From: Auanema rhodensis
Lineage: Eukaryota > Animalia > Nematoda
Direction: 5' to 3'
DNA: 64,000 nucleotides
Assembly (NCBI GenBank): GCA_964057225.1
Contig: OZ059895.1
Coordinates: 3,100,001-3,164,000 of the forward strand
Part shown: positions 1 to 10,310 of the stretch, piece by piece
Layout: the number at the start of each line of letters is the position of its first letter
How positions within the stretch are numbered: position 1 is the stretch's first letter
Notes under the pieces: model-generated
The model's database searches: none
What the model saw: the letters and a program-made list of their open reading frames with translations, nothing else
Told to the model about the DNA's origin: nothing
Position numbers and translations under genes: made by a program

Positions 1-20
1 TTTTTTAAACTTTGATTAAG

Positions 21-230
21 AACTTTGATTTTTGTACACCCATAAATTATACGCAGCACAGGTTACCCTTAAATAATGAACTGACCGACTAATCAGACAT
101 GGATCTTTCCTAGTTCTGTTGCTTGAATGGATGTTTTCCTACGTAGGCTAGTAAAACATGCCCTTCAAAGCATCAGAACATGTGATCACATTCCAATTTT
201 TTTGAAATCTATCTTGTAAAGATAGTAATA
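21..230 (+). repeat. Representative 210-bp short monomer (85-bp 3' deletion plus TTTGTATCT>TTTGAAATCT, +1 bp)
   Basis: Junction GATAGTAATA|AACTTTGATT at 230/231. 23 copies in 21-16022 and 2 at 27992-28411, all carrying GAAATCT. Confidence 0.97.
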
Positions 231-322
231 AACTTTGATTTTTGTACACCCATAAATTATACGCAGCACAGGTTACCCTTAAATAATGAACTGACCGACT
301 AATCAGACATGGATCTTTCCTA

Positions 323-389
323 GTTCTGTTGCTTGAATGGATGTTTTCCTACGTAGGCTAGTAAAACATGCCCTTCAAAGCATCAGAAC
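323..389. other. 67-nt imperfect inverted repeat (23 Watson-Crick pairs) at monomer pos 93-159, present in essentially every unit
   Basis: GTTCTGTTGCTTGAATGGATGTTTT pairs with AAAACATGCCCTTCAAAGCATCAGAAC (2 mismatches, 2 single-base bulges) around the 15-nt loop CCTACGTAGGCTAGT. Paired by hand. Confidence 0.9.
348..357. other. 10-bp perfect palindrome CCTACGTAGG (broken in CGAAGG variants)
   Basis: Read directly from the sequence. Confidence 0.95.
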
Positions 390-401
390 ATGTGATCACA
401 T
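390..401. other. 12-bp perfect palindrome ATGTGATCACAT (broken in GATCAAAT variants)
   Basis: Read directly from the sequence. Confidence 0.95.
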
Positions 402-2036
402 TCCAATTTTTTTGTATCTTTCTTGTAAAGATAGTAATATATCATATGTTGAACACTATGTTGGAAAGATTTTAATTCAGATTTTCGAACTTTTATTCAG
501 TTTGTTTTTTAAACTTTGATTAAGAACTTTGATTTTTGTACACCCATAAATTATACGCAGCACAGGTTACCCTTAATTAATGAACTGACCGACTAATCAG
601 ACATGGATCTTTCCAAGTTCTGTTGCTTGAACGGATGTTTTCCTACGAAGGCTAGTAAAACATGCCCTTCAAAGCATCAGAACATGTGATCACATTCCAA
701 TATTTTTGTATCTATCTTGTAAAGATAGTAATATATCATATGTTGAACACTATGTTGGAAAGATTTTAATTCAGATTTTCTAACTTTTATTCAGTTTGTT
801 TTTTAAACTTTGATTAAGAACTTTGATTTTTGTACACCCATAAATTATACGCAGCACAGGTTACCCTTAAATAATGAACTGACCGACTAATCAGACATGG
901 ATCTTTCCTAGTTCTGTTGCTTGAATGGATGTTTTCCTACGTAGGCTAGTAAAACATGCCCTTCAAAGCATCAGAACATGTGATCACATTCCAATTTTTT
1001 TGAAATCTATCTTGTAAAGATAGTAATAAACTTTGATTTTTGTACACCCATAAATTATACGCAGCACAGGTTACCCTTAAATAATGAACTGACCGACTAA
1101 TCAGACATGGATCTTTCCTAGTTCTGTTGCTTGAATGGATGTTTTCCTACGTAGGCTAGTAAAACATGCCCTTCAAAGCATCAGAACATGTGATCACATT
1201 CCAATTTTTTTGTATCTTTCTTGTAAAGATAGTAATATATCATATGTTGAACACTATGTTGGAAAGATTTTAATTCAGATTTTCGAACTTTTATTCAGTT
1301 TGTTTTTTAAACTTTGATTAAGAACTTTGATTTTTGTACACCCATAAATTATACGCAGCACAGGTTACCCTTAATTAATAAACTGACCGACTAATCAGAC
1401 ATGGATCTTTCCAAGTTCTGTTGCTTGAACGGATGTTTTCCTACGAAGGCTAGTAAAACATGCCCTTCAAAGCATCAGAACATGTGATCACATTCCAATA
1501 TTTTTGTATCTATCTTGTAAAGATAGTAATATATCATATGTTGAACACTATGTTGGAAAGATTTTAATTCAGATTTTCTAACTTTTATTCAGTTTGTTTT
1601 TTAAACTTTGATTAAGAACTTTGATTTTTGTACACCCATAAATTATACGCAGCACAGGTTACCCTTAAATAATGAACTGACCGACTAATCAGACATGGAT
1701 CTTTCCTAGTTCTGTTGCTTGAATGGATGTTTTCCTACGTAGGCTAGTAAAACATGCCCTTCAAAGCATCAGAACATGTGATCACATTCCAATTTTTTTG
1801 AAATCTATCTTGTAAAGATAGTAATAAACTTTGATTTTTGTACACCCATAAATTATACGCAGCACAGGTTACCCTTAAATAATGAACTGACCGACTAATC
1901 AGACATGGATCTTTCCTAGTTCTGTTGCTTGAATGGATGTTTTCCTACGTAGGCTAGTAAAACATGCCCTTCAAAGCATCAGAACATGTGATCACATTCC
2001 AATTTTTTTGAAATCTATCTTGTAAAGATAGTAATA

Positions 2037-5000
2037 AACTTTGATTTTTGTACACCCATAAATTATACGCAGCACAGGTTACCCTTAAATAATGAACTGA
2101 CCGACTAATCAGACATGGATCTTTCCAAGTTCTGTTGCTTGAATGGATGTTTTCCTACGTAGGCTAGTAAAACATGCCCTTCAAAGCATCAGAACATGTG
2201 ATCAAATTCCAATTTTTTTGTATCTATCTTGTAAAGATAGTAATATATCATATGTTGAACACTATGTTGGAAAGATTTTAATTCGGTTTTTTTAATTTTT
2301 ATTCAGTTTGTTTTTTAAACTTTGATTAAGAACTTTGATTTTTGTACACCCATAAATTATACGCAGCACAGGTTACCCTTAAATAAAGAACTGACCGACT
2401 AATCAGACATGGATCTTTCCAAGTTCTGTTGCTTGAATGGATGTTTTCCTACGTAGGCTAGTAAAACATGCCCTTCAAAGCATCAGAACATGTGATCAAA
2501 TTCCAATTTTTTTGTATCTATCTTGTAAAGATAGTAATATATCATATGTTGAACACTATGTTGGAAAGATTTTAATTCGGTTTTTTTAATTTTTATTCAG
2601 TTTGTTTTTTAAACTTTGATTAAGAACTTTGATTTTTGTACACCCATAAATTATACGCAGCACAGGTTACCCTTAAATAAAGAACTGACCGACTAATCAG
2701 ACATGGATCTTTCCAAGTTCTGTTGCTTGAATGGATGTTTTCCTACGTAGGCTAGTAAAACATGCCCTTCAAAGCATCAGAACATGTGATCACATTCCAA
2801 TTTTTTTGAAATCTATCTTGTAAAGATAGTAATAAACTTTGATTTTTGTACACCCATAAATTATACGCAGCACAGGTTACCCTTAAATAATGAACTGACC
2901 GACTAATCAGACATGGATCTTTCCTAGTTCTGTTGCTTGAATGGATGTTTTCCTACGTAGGCTAGTAAAACATGCCCTTCAAAGCATCAGAACATGTGAT
3001 CACATTCCAATTTTTTTGTATCTTTCTTGTAAAGATAGTAATATATCATATGTTGAACACTATGTTGGAAAGATTTTAATTCAGATTTTCGAACTTTTAT
3101 TCAGTTTGTTTTTTAAACTTTGATTAAGAACTTTGATTTTTGTACACCCATAAATTATACGCAGCACAGGTTACCCTTAATTAATGAACTGACCGACTAA
3201 TCAGACATGGATCTTTCCAAGTTCTGTTGCTTGAATGGATGTTTTCCTACGTAGGCTAGTAAAACATGCCCTTCAAAGCATCAGAACATGTGATCACATT
3301 CCAATTTTTTTGAAATCTATCTTGTAAAGATAGTAATAAACTTTGATTTTTGTACACCCATAAATTATACGCAGCACAGGTTACCCTTAAATAATGAACT
3401 GACCGACTAATCAGACATGGATCTTTCCAAGTTCTGTTGCTTGAATGGATGTTTTCCTACGTAGGCTAGTAAAACATGCCCTTCAAAGCATCAGAACATG
3501 TGATCAAATTCCAATTTTTTTGTATCTATCTTGTAAAGATAGTAATATATCATATGTTGAACACTATGTTGGAAAGATTTTAATTCGGTTTTTTTAATTT
3601 TTATTCAGTTTGTTTTTTAAACTTTGATTAAGAACTTTGATTTTTGTACACCCATAAATTATACGCAGCACAGGTTACCCTTAAATAAAGAACTGACCGA
3701 CTAATCAGACATGGATCTTTCCAAGTTCTGTTGCTTGAATGGATGTTTTCCTACGTAGGCTAGTAAAACATGCCCTTCAAAGCATCAGAACATGTGATCA
3801 AATTCCAATTTTTTTGTATCTATCTTGTAAAGATAGTAATATATCATATGTTGAACACTATGTTGGAAAGATTTTAATTCGGTTTTTTTAATTTTTATTC
3901 AGTTTGTTTTTTAAACTTTGATTAAGAACTTTGATTTTTGTACACCCATAAATTATACGCAGCACAGGTTACCCTTAAATAAAGAACTGACCGACTAATC
4001 AGACATGGATCTTTCCAAGTTCTGTTGCTTGAATGGATGTTTTCCTACGTAGGCTAGTAAAACATGCCCTTCAAAGCATCAGAACATGTGATCACATTCC
4101 AATTTTTTTGAAATCTATCTTGTAAAGATAGTAATAAACTTTGATTTTTGTACACCCATAAATTATACGCAGCACAGGTTACCCTTAAATAATGAACTGA
4201 CCGACTAATCAGACATGGATCTTTCCTAGTTCTGTTGCTTGAATGGATGTTTTCCTACGTAGGCTAGTAAAACATGCCCTTCAAAGCATCAGAACATGTG
4301 ATCACATTCCAATTTTTTTGTATCTTTCTTGTAAAGATAGTAATATATCATATGTTGAACACTATGTTGGAAAGATTTTAATTCAGATTTTCGAACTTTT
4401 ATTCAGTTTGTTTTTTAAACTTTGATTAAGAACTTTGATTTTTGTACACCCATAAATTATACGCAGCACAGGTTACCCTTAATTAATGAACTGACCGACT
4501 AATCAGACATGGATCTTTCCAAGTTCTGTTGCTTGAATGGATGTTTTCCTACGTAGGCTAGTAAAACATGCCCTTCAAAGCATCAGAACATGTGATCACA
4601 TTCCAATTTTTTTGAAATCTATCTTGTAAAGATAGTAATAAACTTTGATTTTTGTACACCCATAAATTATACGCAGCACAGGTTACCCTTAAATAATGAA
4701 CTGACCGACTAATCAGACATGGATCTTTCCAAGTTCTGTTGCTTGAATGGATGTTTTCCTACGTAGGCTAGTAAAACATGCCCTTCAAAGCATCAGAACA
4801 TGTGATCAAATTCCAATTTTTTTGTATCTATCTTGTAAAGATAGTAATATATCATATGTTGAACACTATGTTGGAAAGATTTTAATTCGGTTTTTTTAAT
4901 TTTTATTCAGTTTGTTTTTTAAACTTTGATTAAGAACTTTGATTTTTGTACACCCATAAATTATACGCAGCACAGGTTACCCTTAAATAAAGAACTGACC

Positions 5001-7832
5001 GACTAATCAGACATGGATCTTTCCAAGTTCTGTTGCTTGAATGGATGTTTTCCTACGTAGGCTAGTAAAACATGCCCTTCAAAGCATCAGAACATGTGAT
5101 CAAATTCCAATTTTTTTGTATCTATCTTGTAAAGATAGTAATATATCATATGTTGAACACTATGTTGGAAAGATTTTAATTCGGTTTTTTTAATTTTTAT
5201 TCAGTTTGTTTTTTAAACTTTGATTAAGAACTTTGATTTTTGTACACCCATAAATTATACGCAGCACAGGTTACCCTTAAATAAAGAACTGACCGACTAA
5301 TCAGACATGGATCTTTCCAAGTTCTGTTGCTTGAATGGATGTTTTCCTACGTAGGCTAGTAAAACATGCCCTTCAAAGCATCAGAACATGTGATCACATT
5401 CCAATTTTTTTGAAATCTATCTTGTAAAGATAGTAATAAACTTTGATTTTTGTACACCCATAAATTATACGCAGCACAGGTTACCCTTAAATAATGAACT
5501 GACCGACTAATCAGACATGGATCTTTCCTAGTTCTGTTGCTTGAATGGATGTTTTCCTACGTAGGCTAGTAAAACATGCCCTTCAAAGCATCAGAACATG
5601 TGATCACATTCCAATTTTTTTGTATCTTTCTTGTAAAGATAGTAATATATCATATGTTGAACACTATGTTGGAAAGATTTTAATTCAGATTTTCGAACTT
5701 TTATTCAGTTTGTTTTTTAAACTTTGATTAAGAACTTTGATTTTTGTACACCCATAAATTATACGCAGCACAGGTTACCCTTAATTAATGAACTGACCGA
5801 CTAATCAGACATGGATCTTTCCAAGTTCTGTTGCTTGAATGGATGTTTTCCTACGTAGGCTAGTAAAACATGCCCTTCAAAGCATCAGAACATGTGATCA
5901 CATTCCAATTTTTTTGAAATCTATCTTGTAAAGATAGTAATAAACTTTGATTTTTGTACACCCATAAATTATACGCAGCACAGGTTACCCTTAAATAATG
6001 AACTGACCGACTAATCAGACATGGATCTTTCCAAGTTCTGTTGCTTGAATGGATGTTTTCCTACGTAGGCTAGTAAAACATGCCCTTCAAAGCATCAGAA
6101 CATGTGATCAAATTCCAATTTTTTTGTATCTATCTTGTAAAGATAGTAATATATCATATGTTGAACACTATGTTGGAAAGATTTTAATTCGGTTTTTTTA
6201 ATTTTTATTCAGTTTGTTTTTTAAACTTTGATTAAGAACTTTGATTTTTGTACACCCATAAATTATACGCAGCACAGGTTACCCTTAAATAAAGAACTGA
6301 CCGACTAATCAGACATGGATCTTTCCAAGTTCTGTTGCTTGAATGGATGTTTTCCTACGTAGGCTAGTAAAACATGCCCTTCAAAGCATCAGAACATGTG
6401 ATCAAATTCCAATTTTTTTGTATCTATCTTGTAAAGATAGTAATATATCATATGTTGAACACTATGTTGGAAAGATTTTAATTCGGTTTTTTTAATTTTT
6501 ATTCAGTTTGTTTTTTAAACTTTGATTAAGAACTTTGATTTTTGTACACCCATAAATTATACGCAGCACAGGTTACCCTTAAATAAAGAACTGACCGACT
6601 AATCAGACATGGATCTTTCCAAGTTCTGTTGCTTGAATGGATGTTTTCCTACGTAGGCTAGTAAAACATGCCCTTCAAAGCATCAGAACATGTGATCACA
6701 TTCCAATTTTTTTGAAATCTATCTTGTAAAGATAGTAATAAACTTTGATTTTTGTACACCCATAAATTATACGCAGCACAGGTTACCCTTAAATAATGAA
6801 CTGACCGACTAATCAGACATGGATCTTTCCTAGTTCTGTTGCTTGAATGGATGTTTTCCTACGTAGGCTAGTAAAACATGCCCTTCAAAGCATCAGAACA
6901 TGTGATCACATTCCAATTTTTTTGTATCTTTCTTGTAAAGATAGTAATATATCATATGTTGAACACTATGTTGGAAAGATTTTAATTCAGATTTTCGAAC
7001 TTTTATTCAGTTTGTTTTTTAAACTTTGATTAAGAACTTTGATTTTTGTACACCCATAAATTATACGCAGCACAGGTTACCCTTAATTAATGAACTGACC
7101 GACTAATCAGACATGGATCTTTCCAAGTTCTGTTGCTTGAATGGATGTTTTCCTACGTAGGCTAGTAAAACATGCCCTTCAAAGCATCAGAACATGTGAT
7201 CACATTCCAATTTTTTTGAAATCTATCTTGTAAAGATAGTAATAAACTTTGATTTTTGTACACCCATAAATTATACGCAGCACAGGTTACCCTTAAATAA
7301 TGAACTGACCGACTAATCAGACATGGATCTTTCCAAGTTCTGTTGCTTGAATGGATGTTTTCCTACGTAGGCTAGTAAAACATGCCCTTCAAAGCATCAG
7401 AACATGTGATCAAATTCCAATTTTTTTGTATCTATCTTGTAAAGATAGTAATATATCATATGTTGAACACTATGTTGGAAAGATTTTAATTCGGTTTTTT
7501 TAATTTTTATTCAGTTTGTTTTTTAAACTTTGATTAAGAACTTTGATTTTTGTACACCCATAAATTATACGCAGCACAGGTTACCCTTAAATAAAGAACT
7601 GACCGACTAATCAGACATGGATCTTTCCAAGTTCTGTTGCTTGAATGGATGTTTTCCTACGTAGGCTAGTAAAACATGCCCTTCAAAGCATCAGAACATG
7701 TGATCAAATTCCAATTTTTTTGTATCTATCTTGTAAAGATAGTAATATATCATATGTTGAACACTATGTTGGAAAGATTTTAATTCGGTTTTTTTAATTT
7801 TTATTCAGTTTGTTTTTTAAACTTTGATTAAG
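2037..7832 (+). repeat. 1302-bp 5-mer HOR (294+294+210+294+210), 4 full copies plus 2 monomers
   Basis: ORF starts 2941, 4243, 5545 and 6847 are exactly 1302 apart, with the same order of diagnostic variants (TTCGGTTTT, AATAAAGAA, TTAATTAA, TTCGAAC). Confidence 0.95.
2224..2240. other. Mini-hairpin CTATCTT-GTA-AAGATAG (monomer pos 188-204)
   Basis: 7-bp perfect stem with a 3-nt loop. It is kept in the 209/210-bp units; one pair is lost in the TATCTTTCTT variant. Confidence 0.9.
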
Positions 7833-10310
7833 AACTTTGATTTTTGTACACCCATAAATTATACGCAGCACAGGTTACCCTTAAATAATGAACTGACCGA
7901 CTAATCAGACATGGATCTTTCCTAGTTCTGTTGCTTGAATGGATGTTTTCCTACGTAGGCTAGTAAAACATGCCCTTCAAAGCATCAGAACATGTGATCA
8001 AATTCCAATTTTTTTGTATCTATCTTGTAAAGATAGTAATATATCATATGTTGAACACTATGTTGGAAAGATTTTCATTCAGATTTTTTAATTTTTATTC
8101 AGTTTGTTTTTTAAACTTTGATTAAGAACTTTGATTTTTGTACACCCATAAATTATACGCAGCACAGGTTACCCTTAAATAATGAACTGACCGACTAATC
8201 AGACATGGATCTTTCCTAGTTCTGTTGCTTGAATGGATGTTTTCCTACGTAGGCTAGTAAAACATGCCCTTCAAAGCATCAGAACATGTGATCAAATTCC
8301 AATTTTTTTGTATCTATCTTGTAAAGATAGTAATATATCATATGTTGAACACTATGTTGGAAAGATTTTCATTCAGATTTTTTAATTTTTATTCAGTTTG
8401 TTTTTTAAACTTTGATTAAGAACTTTGATTTTTGTACACCCATAAATTATACGCAGCACAGGTTACCCTTAAATAATGAACTGACCGACTAATCAGACAT
8501 GGATCTTTCCAAGTTCTGTTGCTTGAACGGATGTTTTCCTACGTAGGCTAGTAAAACATGCCCTTCAAAGCATCAGAACATGTGATCACATTCCAATTTT
8601 TTTGAAATCTATCTTGTAAAGATAGTAATAAACTTTGATTTTTGTACACCCATAAATTATACGCAGCACAGGTTACCCTTAAATAATGAACTGACCGACT
8701 AATCAGACATGGATCTTTCCTAGTTCTGTTGCTTGAATGGATGTTTTCCTACGTAGGCTAGTAAAACATGCCCTTCAAAGCATCAGAACATGTGATCACA
8801 TTCCAATTTTTTTGTATCTTTCTTGTAAAGATAGTAATATATCATATGTTGAACACTATGTTGGAAAGATTTTAATTCAGATTTTCGAACTTTTATTCAG
8901 TTTGTTTTTTAAACTTTGATTAAGAACTTTGATTTTTGTACACCCATAAATTATACGCAGCACAGGTTACCCTTAAATAAAGAACTGACCGACTAATCAG
9001 ACATGGATCTTTCCAAGTTCTGTTGCTTGAATGGATGTTTTCCTACGTAGGCTAGTAAAACATGCCCTTCAAAGCATCAGAACATGTGATCAAATTCCAA
9101 TTTTTTTGTATCTATCTTGTAAAGATAGTAATATATCATATGTTGAACACTATGTTGGAAAGATTTTAATTCGGTTTTTTTAATTTTTATTCAGTTTGTT
9201 TTTTAAACTTTGATTAAGAACTTTGATTTTTGTACACCCATAAATTATACGCAGCACAGGTTACCCTTAAATAATGAACTGACCGACTAATCAGACATGG
9301 ATCTTTCCTAGTTCTGTTGCTTGAATGGATGTTTTCCTACGTAGGCTAGTAAAACATGCCCTTCAAAGCATCAGAACATGTGATCAAATTCCAATTTTTT
9401 TGTATCTATCTTGTAAAGATAGTAATATATCATATGTTGAACACTATGTTGGAAAGATTTTCATTCAGATTTTTTAATTTTTATTCAGTTTGTTTTTTAA
9501 ACTTTGATTAAGAACTTTGATTTTTGTACACCCATAAATTATACGCAGCACAGGTTACCCTTAAATAATGAACTGACCGACTAATCAGACATGGATCTTT
9601 CCTAGTTCTGTTGCTTGAATGGATGTTTTCCTACGTAGGCTAGTAAAACATGCCCTTCAAAGCATCAGAACATGTGATCAAATTCCAATTTTTTTGTATC
9701 TATCTTGTAAAGATAGTAATATATCATATGTTGAACACTATGTTGGAAAGATTTTCATTCAGATTTTTTAATTTTTATTCAGTTTGTTTTTTAAACTTTG
9801 ATTAAGAACTTTGATTTTTGTACACCCATAAATTATACGCAGCACAGGTTACCCTTAAATAATGAACTGACCGACTAATCAGACATGGATCTTTCCAAGT
9901 TCTGTTGCTTGAACGGATGTTTTCCTACGTAGGCTAGTAAAACATGCCCTTCAAAGCATCAGAACATGTGATCACATTCCAATTTTTTTGAAATCTATCT
10001 TGTAAAGATAGTAATAAACTTTGATTTTTGTACACCCATAAATTATACGCAGCACAGGTTACCCTTAAATAATGAACTGACCGACTAATCAGACATGGAT
10101 CTTTCCTAGTTCTGTTGCTTGAATGGATGTTTTCCTACGTAGGCTAGTAAAACATGCCCTTCAAAGCATCAGAACATGTGATCACATTCCAATTTTTTTG
10201 TATCTTTCTTGTAAAGATAGTAATATATCATATGTTGAACACTATGTTGGAAAGATTTTAATTCAGATTTTCGAACTTTTATTCAGTTTGTTTTTTAAAC
10301 TTTGATTAAG
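7539..10310 (+). repeat. 1386-bp 5-mer HOR x2 (4x294+210)
   Basis: ORF spacing 8737>10123 = 1386. Both copies have two TTTCATTCAG monomers followed by a short unit carrying AACGG. Confidence 0.9.

Larger units (their letters stand above)
231..524 (+). repeat. Representative full-length 294-bp monomer
   Basis: Runs from AACTTTGATTTTTG at 231 to ...TTTGATTAAG at 524; the next unit starts at 525. About 93/294 G+C, with a GC-richer core (monomer pos ~31-175) and a T-tract-rich tail. Confidence 0.98.
21..1616 (+). repeat. 798-bp 3-mer HOR x2 (210+294+294)
   Basis: Same variant order in 21-818 and 819-1616; ORF spacing 337>1135 = 798. Confidence 0.88.

Noticed and set aside
271-282. GGTTACCCTTAA as a telomere-like motif
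   Set aside because: It is a single degenerate copy per monomer with no tandem telomeric run.
337-519. Repeated 60-aa ORF MDVFLRRLVKHALQSIR... (37 copies)
   Set aside because: It is open in only 37 of ~191 full monomers. The others have ACG instead of ATG or an in-frame TAA (TTCTAA/TTTTAA). There is no recognisable domain, and the F/L/I-rich tail just reflects T-tracts.
231-524. 5S rRNA, tRNA, U1, U5 or known spliced-leader gene repeat
   Set aside because: I find no recognisable 5S or tRNA boxes, no U5 loop GCCTTTTAC, no U1 5' end ATACTTACCTG and no SL exon I know. The minus-strand CTGCGTATAATTTATGG only loosely resembles the U1 Sm region.
231-524. 294-bp monomer as a diverged dimer of 147 bp
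   Set aside because: The two halves show no visible direct similarity at a 147-bp offset.
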